Virus record (IMG/VR): IMGVR_UViG_3300029258_004003
Coordinates: 1 to 32,684 of that record
Direction: 5' to 3' (one strand)
Source: a virus
Taxonomy: Duplodnaviria; Caudoviricetes
DNA: 32,684 bases
Numbering within the stretch: position 1 is the first letter of the stretch; each line of letters starts with the position of its first letter. Shown here piece by piece: positions 7,002 through 14,786 of this stretch. The translations under genes were made by a program, and so were the position numbers. Under the pieces are notes generated by a model, which ran no database searches, was not told the DNA's origin, and saw only the letters and a list, made by a program, of their open reading frames with translations.

Positions 7002-7868
7002 CTACAGCGTCCAGTCCCAGGCCCGCTGGGCCTCGGCCCAGTCGTGATCCGTGACCTCCCCGTCCGGCGGGGTGTTCGGGCTCGACATGATGGAGCCCAG
7101 GTCCACGCTCTCCGGGTCATCGTCGAGGCCCAGCACGCCGTGGCCGAGCTCGTGCCGCAGGTGGTGCGGCTCGGAGTAACCGACCTGAACCACGACATCA
7201 GCGGCGAGGATGGCGCCGCTCTCGGCGATCTCCACGGTGGTGTAGCCCCCGGAGTCGGGGGCCGTCGTGCCGTCCATGACGTGGACCACCCCCAGGCCCT
7301 CGTCGACGAGCTCCGCCCAGATGATCGTCGCGACGCAGATGCCCGCGCCGAACTCGCAGGGCCGCGGGGCGGACGCCTGCCCGTTCAGCCAGTCGACCGC
7401 ATCGAGGGTCTCCTCGAGCACCTCGGGCTCGGCCGAGACGGGGACAGGGTACGCGGCGGCGTGGGTCTCGACGCCCCGGATGATCATGAGGCCGCGATCC
7501 TCGGGATCGCATCCTCCGAGCGCCAGAATCGCCCCGAGAGCCGCGAGGAGCCCGAGCAGGCCCCCGAGACCCGAGGGCAGAAGCCGCTTGAAGAGGAGCG
7601 CGTAGAACCCCGCCGAGAGCAGAAAACCGCCGAAGCAGGCGATCACCCCGTGCCACCAGATGGTGCCGAGGGCCCAGGCCGTCCCCATGACGGCCAGCCC
7701 CCCGGAGAGCATGCTGGTCAGCTCGCGCGTCTTGGTCCCCAGTCTCGGCTCGACGCCGGACCGGAAGACCGCGAGCGCGAAGAGGAGGACGACCCCGGCG
7801 ATCGGCCAGGACTCCCCCGACTCGATCGCCGCGATCATGGACTGGTACTCGAAAGCGGACGGATCCAT
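7002..7868 (-). CDS. Holin-like membrane protein fused to a lipobox and a matrixin/metzincin-like Zn protease (288 aa)
   Basis: Three hydrophobic segments, then KR + hydrophobic stretch + LGGC (Cys120), then HELGHGVLGLDD (His239) and an SIM Met-turn. Start ATG 7868 with GGAG upstream. Confidence 0.75.
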   Translation of the reverse strand: MDPSAFEYQSMIAAIESGESWPIAGVVLLFALAVFRSGVEPRLGTKTRELTSMLSGGLAVMGTAWALGTIWWHGVIACFGGFLLSAGFYALLFKRLLPSGLGGLLGLLAALGAILALGGCDPEDRGLMIIRGVETHAAAYPVPVSAEPEVLEETLDAVDWLNGQASAPRPCEFGAGICVATIIWAELVDEGLGVVHVMDGTTAPDSGGYTTVEIAESGAILAADVVVQVGYSEPHHLRHELGHGVLGLDDDPESVDLGSIMSSPNTPPDGEVTDHDWAEAQRAWDWTL

Positions 7869-7872
7869 GGTC

Positions 7873-8334
7873 TCAGTCTCCTTCCACCGCCCCGGCGATG
7901 GCCGGGACGAGCAGGTGTGCGGCGTCGGCCGCGAGGGTGACGGCGCCCGGGACAGCGACGCCGAGATCGTCCTTGAGCCAGCGGACAAGGCGCCCGATGG
8001 CGTCGATGACCAGCTCGGCCCAGGCCCAGCCCCCGCGTTCGGTCGCGTGCTGGGCATCGCGGACCAGGGCGCGGCCGAGCTCGACCACGCCTTGCATCGC
8101 GTCGAGGCCCGCGTCGATGTCCTCCCGGTCCTTGTCGGTCAGCTCCAGGTCCTCCCGCGTGAGGATCGGCCGGAGCGCCTCGAGGGCGTCCTCGGCGGCG
8201 TCCAGGGCCCCGGGGAGGGCCTCGAGGGCCTCGACCACCTGCGGGCTCGGCTGTGTGCCGGAGCAGCTCGGCGCCAGCATGGCGCCCACGACGAGCGCGA
8301 CGATCATCGCCGCGGCGGTTCCTGCGGTTCTCAT
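7873..8334 (-). CDS. Putative helical lipoprotein (153 aa; o-spanin-like position)
   Basis: MRTAGTAAAMIVALVVGAMLAPSC signal ending at Cys24, amphipathic helices, AGGAGG RBS, ATGA overlap with the upstream gene. Confidence 0.7.
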   Translation of the reverse strand: MRTAGTAAAMIVALVVGAMLAPSCSGTQPSPQVVEALEALPGALDAAEDALEALRPILTREDLELTDKDREDIDAGLDAMQGVVELGRALVRDAQHATERGGWAWAELVIDAIGRLVRWLKDDLGVAVPGAVTLAADAAHLLVPAIAGAVEGD

Positions 8335-8684
8335 CGGTCCCTCCTGTCCTCGAGTCGCCCGAGGCGCCGGTCTATCGACTGGAGCGTCCCCTCGACCCTC
8401 CCCCACCGCTCCGCCGCCAGCTTCGTCGCCTCAGCCTGTTGCGCGGCGAGCCGCTGGCGCTCGTCGCTGGCGGCCTGTGCCGCCTCGCCCTGCGTCCTCA
8501 CGCGCTCCTCCGCCACGGCCGACCTCGCACAGGCGGTCGCCGCCGTCGCCCCGATGGGCACGAGCGCGGCGAGCGCAGCGCCGATGAGCACCGGCGCCCA
8601 GCGCCGCCACCACCTCGCCCCCCGCCACGCCTCGCAGGTGAGGCAGGCGGCCGAGGGCGGGTCGCTGGCGCTCTTACGGCCCAC
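8331..8684 (-). CDS. Single-TM coiled-coil protein (i-spanin or antiholin-like)
   Basis: TM segment WAPVLIGAALAALVPIGATAATAC followed by a coiled coil ending VEGTLQSIDRRLGRLE. Confidence 0.65.
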   Translation of the reverse strand: MGRKSASDPPSAACLTCEAWRGARWWRRWAPVLIGAALAALVPIGATAATACARSAVAEERVRTQGEAAQAASDERQRLAAQQAEATKLAAERWGRVEGTLQSIDRRLGRLEDRRDR

Positions 8685-9102
8685 CGCGTTCCACCTCGCC
8701 GAGCTCGCCGGGCTCGGCCGAGCCCACGGGGAGCCCGGTCTTCAGGTCGAGGGGAGCGAGGCGCCCCCCGTCGGCGACGGTGCAATCGGGCATGCCGGCG
8801 GGGACCACCCGGAGGGCGCGCTTCCCTCGGAGCGGGTGCGTCGCCGGGAGGTCGTCGCGGATGGGCACGTCGTCGGGCCCGAGCAGGCGTGGGTCATCCT
8901 CGGGCACGGCGTCGGGGGGGCAGAACACAACCTGTTCGGCGCCCTTGACGGGCTCCTCGGTCGGCACCCAGTCGAAGCGCTCCTCGAGACCCTCGGGGGT
9001 GAGGCGCGGGAAAAGCTGGACAGGGCCGAGTCCGCCGGTCTCCGGGTCAATGGCCTGGCCGAGGGATTCTGTCTCCACGATGCGGGCGCGGATCGCGATC
9101 AT
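8674..9102 (-). CDS. Hypothetical Pro-rich protein (142 aa), possibly fibre-associated
   Basis: ATG 9102 overlaps the upstream TGA, with GGAGG RBS; sits immediately after the LamG-like gene. Confidence 0.7.
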   Translation of the reverse strand: MIAIRARIVETESLGQAIDPETGGLGPVQLFPRLTPEGLEERFDWVPTEEPVKGAEQVVFCPPDAVPEDDPRLLGPDDVPIRDDLPATHPLRGKRALRVVPAGMPDCTVADGGRLAPLDLKTGLPVGSAEPGELGEVERGGP

Positions 9103-10934
9103 GGTCCGTACCTCCGGAAGCATCGAAGGTTGTCGATACTCACCTCTGCGAGGCTGGCTTGGGCGAGGAGGGCACCCGAGCCAATATACTGACCGTCATA
9201 GGGCTGGGTGACAGTCTCGGGGGCGTGTCCTTCCCACCACACGATCTGCTGGGGCCCCCAACCTACGCGGACGTGCATCCTCGACCCGTCGACGGGGTTG
9301 GCGCCGGCGGTGAAGCGACATGCGGTTGTGCCGTCGGAGCTGGCCGGCTGTCCGTCGCCGGTGTCCATCATCAAGGGGCCGTACCCTCCGCCGCTCGCGT
9401 GGATGAGGACATGGTTGTAGGAGCCGGCCTCGCCGCCGCTCCATCCCATCGGCGTGACCCCGGCCTCGATGCCTCCCTGAGCGTCCCAGCCGGTCCAGGG
9501 GGTGGTGAGACTCTCCCCAGGGCGAGCCGCGCCGGCGCCGGTCGCCCAACTCGGGATCGTCGATGTACAACGGACGCCCTCTTCGAGCTGCTCGGCAATG
9601 GCCAGGATTGTGTCCCCCGCGTCGCAGTCGAGGGCGAAGACCTCGTCCGTGTCGCCGGGCGTCTTGTCTGGCACCTCGAAGCGCTGCCACGAGGTCGTAA
9701 GCGTCGCGGTGTACCAGTTGGTGAATCCCCCGCCGGAGGCGTCCCGGACGCCGATGTCCACGCTCTCGCCACCGACGGTGCCACGAAGGAGGACGCTCGC
9801 CGCGTGCTTGTTCGTGTTGCCGGTCGCCGCCCCCCCGTACATTACTTGGTCGCCGCCACCGGGGGCGAAACGGTGGACGTTTGGACCCCAGCAGTCGAAG
9901 CCGTCGGTCTTAAGCTGGGTGGAGTCGTCGACCACATCGAGGGTCCCGCCAGTCGCGGACCAGCCCGTCGCATCGGCCGGGTTGACGTTGCGGTAGCACT
10001 TGTTCGTGCGGCCCGGCGCGAGGCGGATGCCAGACTCCCCGCCACTCTTGCGGTCTCCCGCGCGGGGAAGCCCCGAGCTTGCGAGGTGCTCCCGCCCGTT
10101 TCGATCCGCCCAGCTTGCCGCGCTCGGCCGCGCAAAGGTCGGCAGCCCGAGCACGCGCCCGCCGCTCTTCGGGTAGATGCCGAGGCCGCGGGCGGTCAGG
10201 TCGAAGACCCGGCGGGCGGAGTCGGCGAGCCATGCGTCGGCAAGGCCGGCGCCGGTCTGCCACGTCGCCCAGGCCATCCCCCCGTGCATCTTGGTGCCAG
10301 CGTCGGTGGCAGCCATGAGACCGAGTCCGCTGTCCGCTCCTAGATCGCCGGAGGGGGTGGCGACTGACGTGGACGCGATGCCATTTTGGTAGAGCGTCGT
10401 GTTGCCGTCGCGGTCAACGACGAGGACGAATAGCGACCACCCGCCCAAGGCTGGGGCCAGACCGCCGGTGTTGACCTGGCTGTCACCGGAAACGTACCCG
10501 TAGATGTTCCCGCCGACGTAGGCTAGCCAGATGCCTTTCCCCGCCGTGGGGCGGGTGCTGATGGGGCGCTCGTAGTTCGTTATCCCGGCGCCCACCTTGC
10601 AGAGCGCAGCGACGATGACATCCTCTCCGGCTGCGGGGTCCATGGATGTGCCGGTCTCAGTGCGACAGGTCGCCCCGTCGTGCTCCTCGCAGGTCACGGC
10701 AGTCGCGTCCTCGAGCTGCCACGGCGTCGGCTCGCCGCTCGCGGGGGAGCCGGTCGCGGTGAGTGTCGGGCCGATCGTCGGGGTGTTGCCGTCGCCGTCC
10801 ACCCAGAGGAAGTCCGGCACGCCGAAGAACTTGGGGATGTCGACGCGAGCGTCGAAGACCGAGTCGAGCGGGAGGTCGTAGAGGGGCCGCTCGCCCCCCG
10901 CAGCGCGACCATGCCGGTACAGCCCGCGGCGCAT
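9099..10934 (-). CDS. LamG / concanavalin-like multi-domain fibre or head-spike protein (611 aa)
   Basis: GGWSLFVLVVDRDGNTTLYQNG is LamG-like. TFARPSAASWADRNG...PR...GIRLAPGRTN is a fibre motif. YTATLTTSWQRFEV is carbohydrate-binding-like. Confidence 0.75.
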   Translation of the reverse strand: MRRGLYRHGRAAGGERPLYDLPLDSVFDARVDIPKFFGVPDFLWVDGDGNTPTIGPTLTATGSPASGEPTPWQLEDATAVTCEEHDGATCRTETGTSMDPAAGEDVIVAALCKVGAGITNYERPISTRPTAGKGIWLAYVGGNIYGYVSGDSQVNTGGLAPALGGWSLFVLVVDRDGNTTLYQNGIASTSVATPSGDLGADSGLGLMAATDAGTKMHGGMAWATWQTGAGLADAWLADSARRVFDLTARGLGIYPKSGGRVLGLPTFARPSAASWADRNGREHLASSGLPRAGDRKSGGESGIRLAPGRTNKCYRNVNPADATGWSATGGTLDVVDDSTQLKTDGFDCWGPNVHRFAPGGGDQVMYGGAATGNTNKHAASVLLRGTVGGESVDIGVRDASGGGFTNWYTATLTTSWQRFEVPDKTPGDTDEVFALDCDAGDTILAIAEQLEEGVRCTSTIPSWATGAGAARPGESLTTPWTGWDAQGGIEAGVTPMGWSGGEAGSYNHVLIHASGGGYGPLMMDTGDGQPASSDGTTACRFTAGANPVDGSRMHVRVGWGPQQIVWWEGHAPETVTQPYDGQYIGSGALLAQASLAEVSIDNLRCFRRYGP

Positions 10935-10935
10935 C

Positions 10936-11250
10936 TCAGCTCTTCCAGACCGCGCCGGCAGCGGCGTACTCGCTGCTCACCAGCGCGACGTGTGTCACGC
11001 CCTGCGGGATCGCGAAATCGTAGACCCCGGCCGGGAGCCGCACGCCGGCCGTGGTCGCCACCACCGACTCGTCGCCCGTCGCCAGGTAGCTCAGCTCCGT
11101 GATGGCCACCGTGACGTAATCGCCCTCCTCGAAGGGGCCGAAGGCCGCCGACGCCGCGATCAGGTGCGACCTGTCACCCGGGCCGGGCAGCAGTCGGACC
11201 GGGTACGCGTCCAGCGCCGTCTTGCGTCCCTCGTCTGAGATTCCGCTCAT
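10936..11250 (-). CDS. Small beta-rich virion protein (104 aa), possible spike base or adaptor
   Basis: AGGAGG RBS, typical codon usage, stop 1 nt before the start of the LamG-like gene. Confidence 0.65.
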   Translation of the reverse strand: MSGISDEGRKTALDAYPVRLLPGPGDRSHLIAASAAFGPFEEGDYVTVAITELSYLATGDESVVATTAGVRLPAGVYDFAIPQGVTHVALVSSEYAAAGAVWKS

Positions 11251-11259
11251 CTGATCCTC

Positions 11260-12468
11260 CTACTCCACCACCTGGTGACCGAAGAGCCCGCAGGCGCCCG
11301 GCGCCGGCTCGTCGCCGATGGTCACGAAGCGCCCGTCGCCGTAGGCGATGCCCGCCGACCAGGGGCCTCGGCCGGTCCCGGCGCCGGCGGCCACCCGTCG
11401 TTCGGGGTGGTCGACCCGCCGCCAGGTGACCCCGCCGTCGCGCGTCACGAACATCTGCCGGATGCCCGCTCCGGCCCCGGGGGCCATGTCGATCGTCGCG
11501 ACGAACGTCCCCTGGCCGTCGGCCGCGATCCGCACGTTCTGAGCTCCGACCGGGGTTGCGGCCCCGGGGAGCGCCCCGCCCGCCGTCCAGCTCTGCCCCT
11601 GGTTGTCGGAGTAGACGGTCCCGCCCGAGGCCCACATGATGCCGACCCAGCGACCGAGGAAGGCGTCGTAGGCGAGGGCCTGGATGGCGCCGCCGAGGCC
11701 GTGGGCCGCGGCGCTCCACGACGTCCCGTTCTGGCTCCGCGAGAGGTTCGTCGTCGTGCAGGCGAGAATCCACGGGTCGGACGTGTCCCGGTTCGCCTTC
11801 ATGCTGACGATCTGCGCCGAGAGCCCCGAGGTCCTCGCCGTCCACGCCGAGCGGTCGGGGCTCGATTCGATCTCCCCCCCGTTGCCGCCGATGAGCCAGA
11901 GGCCCGAGGCCGGGTCGTATTCGACATGGCCCCAGAGCACGGCGCCCGTCGCGGGGCTTCGCGCCGTCCACCCGCCGTCCACGGCCGCGGCCTCGGCGAG
12001 CTGGCTCGCGGCGGAGTCGCTGACGGCGACTCGAGCCCCGGCCCCGTCGGCCTCGACGTCGACGTAGCTTCCGCCGCCGCCCCAGGGGAAGCCCGAGGGC
12101 AGCGATCCGGCCTCGTCGCGCCAGTCGGTGCCCGCCCCGCCGGCGGCGAGCGGAGACCCGCCGACGCCCGCGTCGCAGGTGATGATGATGTCGCCAGCGC
12201 TGTTGATGGCGCTGAAGACGTGATCCGAGCCGTCGTGGCAGACGGCCCGCGGGATCGAGGTCCCGCCCCAGGTCGAGCCGGTCACGCCGGCGACGTCGGC
12301 GTCGTCCCAGCACCCGGCCCGGTCGACGAGGAGTCGGTCGAGAAGGTATCGCGTCCTGTCGGCGAGGTCCTGGCACGGGTCCTCGACGCTCGCGGCCGTG
12401 GCCGGGTCGCTCCCGACGGGGACCGTCACCGTCCGGAACTCGCTCGAATCGGTCAGATCCTTCGGCAT
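11260..12468 (-). CDS. Tail fibre with Asp-box (BNR) beta-propeller (402 aa)
   Basis: N-terminal QDLADRTRYL fibre-attachment motif; Asp-boxes SPDRSAW, SQNGTSW, SDNQGQSW and TRDGGVTW. Follows the baseplate wedge genes; start ATG 12468. Confidence 0.8.
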   Translation of the reverse strand: MPKDLTDSSEFRTVTVPVGSDPATAASVEDPCQDLADRTRYLLDRLLVDRAGCWDDADVAGVTGSTWGGTSIPRAVCHDGSDHVFSAINSAGDIIITCDAGVGGSPLAAGGAGTDWRDEAGSLPSGFPWGGGGSYVDVEADGAGARVAVSDSAASQLAEAAAVDGGWTARSPATGAVLWGHVEYDPASGLWLIGGNGGEIESSPDRSAWTARTSGLSAQIVSMKANRDTSDPWILACTTTNLSRSQNGTSWSAAAHGLGGAIQALAYDAFLGRWVGIMWASGGTVYSDNQGQSWTAGGALPGAATPVGAQNVRIAADGQGTFVATIDMAPGAGAGIRQMFVTRDGGVTWRRVDHPERRVAAGAGTGRGPWSAGIAYGDGRFVTIGDEPAPGACGLFGHQVVE

Positions 12469-12472
12469 CTCC

Positions 12473-13147
12473 CTACACCTCCACCGCGTCGACGATCGTG
12501 GGCCCGTCCTCCCAGTCCCAGCCGTCATCCCAGTCGGGCACCGGCTGCGGATAGTCCCAGAGCCTCGTGTCAGGATGCAGGACGACCACGTAGCAATGGC
12601 TGACGTGGGCCGGAATCCAGTCGCGCACGATGGCCGCGTACAGCTCCATCGTCGCCGCGCTGGCCGGGCCGGGATCCGGGTCGTAGAGGAAGACCCAGAG
12701 CCGCGCCCACATGCCGGTCTCGTCGGTCCCCCAGGTGACCGAATCCCTGGTGATCGCCCCGTTGGCGTCGATCTCATGGCGCACGCCCCGGTAGGAAATG
12801 ACCTCGTAGGGCGGGTCGATCGTGTCGACGAGGTACGCCAGCATCTGCTCGAGTAGCGCGTAGCCGTTGCCGCGCGTCCGGTGGTCCTCCCACCAGCGCA
12901 GCAGCCGAGCCGCAAACAGCTCCGCATCCTCGTTCGGGCCGCGCCGCAGCCGTCGCTCCCGGCCGATCATGTCGACGCCCTCGAGCGTGTAGAGCCCGGG
13001 GAGGCGCAGCTTGACGCCGGCGACGGCCCGGTCGCGGTGGTCGTCGATCACGTCGGCGATGCCCCCGATGAGCTTGAGGCCCTCCGTCCGCATCAGCCAC
13101 GGCGGCATCACCGCCTCAAACATCAGGAGGAAGCTCGGCAGACTCAC
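12473..13147 (-). CDS. Baseplate wedge protein (P2 gpI / Mu gp48-like)
   Basis: Directly after baseplate J; DMIGRERRLRRGPNEDAELFAARL...RGN motif and a C-terminal PAH motif. Confidence 0.75.
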   Translation of the reverse strand: MSLPSFLLMFEAVMPPWLMRTEGLKLIGGIADVIDDHRDRAVAGVKLRLPGLYTLEGVDMIGRERRLRRGPNEDAELFAARLLRWWEDHRTRGNGYALLEQMLAYLVDTIDPPYEVISYRGVRHEIDANGAITRDSVTWGTDETGMWARLWVFLYDPDPGPASAATMELYAAIVRDWIPAHVSHCYVVVLHPDTRLWDYPQPVPDWDDGWDWEDGPTIVDAVEV

Positions 13148-14313
13148 AGGTCCCCCCCGGCGACGAGGTGGACCGTCGCATTCACGGTGCCCAACACGGG
13201 AACCTCGTCGATGTCCACGACGACGTCAGCCGCCGGCGCCATCACGTCGACGTGGAAGATGCGAGCGTCCACCGCGTCGATAGCGGCCGAGATGTCGTCC
13301 ACGTACACCCTGCGAGCTCCGCTCACGAGGTGGCCGCCGATCGGTGTAGCCGCGAGCAGGGCCGTCAGGGCCGTCGAGACGAGCGCCTCGACCTCAGCCG
13401 CCGTCAGGCCGGCGCTCGTGTAGATCCAGACCTCGTATGTGACGGGAATCGTGAGAGCCGTCGCACTGTCCACCACGGCCTCCACGGAGAGCGGCTCGGA
13501 TTGCTCGTAGATGGCCGCCGCCACCGCGCCGAGATCGGTGTCAGGGTCGGCCGGATCGCCGGTCACGGCCCCGGAGGCCGTCGCCACCCACACGTTGATG
13601 GACCCGTCGCCGACTGCTTCGGTCGCGACGCGGGTCACGCCGATGGCGTCACCGTCCGAGTTCACCGCGTTGCGCGCCGCGTAGCCGTAGGCGTCTTTCG
13701 GCCCGTTCGGCGAAAGCGCCCCGGTCCGCTCCAGGCAGCGAGTCCGAAGCGCCGGGTCCTCCTCCTCATCGGTGCCCACGAGTGCGGCCGCGTTGCTCAC
13801 CGTGACACCGCTCAGGGTGGTTACCAGCGTATCGATGTCCCCAGCCGGCGACGTGCTGTCCGAGCCCGCCTCGACCGCGCTTACCTCGACGTCGGCCACG
13901 CCGAAGGCCGGAACGGACCAAGCCCCCGTCGAGCGGTACACCGCGTCCGTCGTCGAATTCGCGACGATGAGGTCGTCGGCGCCTCCCGAGTAGGGCGTCG
14001 CGCTCGCGTTCGTCAGCGTCACGTCGCCCGTCGCGAAGGTCCCGTCGAGGCGCTCGACGCCGAAGACGTACCGGGCGACCAGCGTCAACCACGACCCGGT
14101 CGCCAGCTCCAGAAACCCGCCCGACGCGATCGAGGCCACCAGCGACGACAGCGCCGCCAGCACGATGGAGACGCCGGCGATGATGGTCCTCACGACCGCG
14201 CCCGGCTTCCACGCCGTGGTCTTCGCCCCGCGGCTCTCCACCGCGGTGTAGATCGCCGCCTCGACCTCGTCGGCCGTCTGTGCGGTAGTCAGCTCGGCCA
14301 GGGTGTAGCTCAT
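13144..14313 (-). CDS. Baseplate J / Mu gp47 family protein (389 aa)
   Basis: ATGSWL...FGVER...ATG.VT, AVEAGSD, V.N..A..GTDEEED..LR.R and G...AY motifs. Start MSYTL in an ATGA overlap. Confidence 0.92.
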   Translation of the reverse strand: MSYTLAELTTAQTADEVEAAIYTAVESRGAKTTAWKPGAVVRTIIAGVSIVLAALSSLVASIASGGFLELATGSWLTLVARYVFGVERLDGTFATGDVTLTNASATPYSGGADDLIVANSTTDAVYRSTGAWSVPAFGVADVEVSAVEAGSDSTSPAGDIDTLVTTLSGVTVSNAAALVGTDEEEDPALRTRCLERTGALSPNGPKDAYGYAARNAVNSDGDAIGVTRVATEAVGDGSINVWVATASGAVTGDPADPDTDLGAVAAAIYEQSEPLSVEAVVDSATALTIPVTYEVWIYTSAGLTAAEVEALVSTALTALLAATPIGGHLVSGARRVYVDDISAAIDAVDARIFHVDVMAPAADVVVDIDEVPVLGTVNATVHLVAGGDL

Positions 14314-14783
14314 GCCCTCATCTCCTCGAGCAGCACGCCGGTGTCCGAGACCGAGAGCGTCAACGAGAATTCGCTCAGCGGATCCATCGGCACGATCCGC
14401 AGGGTGACCGTCAGCGTCCGACAGTCGGAGCTCGCCTCGACCGCGGCGTGCACCTCGTCGATCCGGTCGTCGTCCACGAGCTCCGCCGCGATGGCACCCT
14501 CGAGCTCGTAAAGCTCCTGCCGCGTCGTGGGCCGGTTGCAGTAGTCGGCGAGGCTCATACCCCATTCGTCGTCGTCGGGTAGCCCGTTCGGCGTATCCAG
14601 CCGGCGCACGCAGTGTTGAGCGAGCACCAGGGCCGAGTCGGACACCTCGGCCATCCGAGGGTCGAGGTCGGACTCACACCAGAGATCGCAGCCGTAGCCG
14701 AAGGGCGGTTCCGGGATCGAGGAGGTAGCGACGGCGCTGCTTCCGCTCCCGGGGGTCACGAGGGTGAAGGGGTACGTCGGCAT
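14310..14783 (-). CDS. Baseplate gp25 / Mu gp46-like sheath initiator
   Basis: LAQ..RRL.TP.G....WG..L...I..EL..DDRI..V pattern, directly before baseplate J. Confidence 0.8.
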   Translation of the reverse strand: MPTYPFTLVTPGSGSSAVATSSIPEPPFGYGCDLWCESDLDPRMAEVSDSALVLAQHCVRRLDTPNGLPDDDEWGMSLADYCNRPTTRQELYELEGAIAAELVDDDRIDEVHAAVEASSDCRTLTVTLRIVPMDPLSEFSLTLSVSDTGVLLEEMRA

Positions 14784-14786
14784 CGG

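Noticed and set aside
9099-12468. Diversity-generating retroelement or invertible fibre cassette
   Set aside because: No reverse transcriptase, invertase, template/variable repeat pair or inverted gene copies seen in the window.
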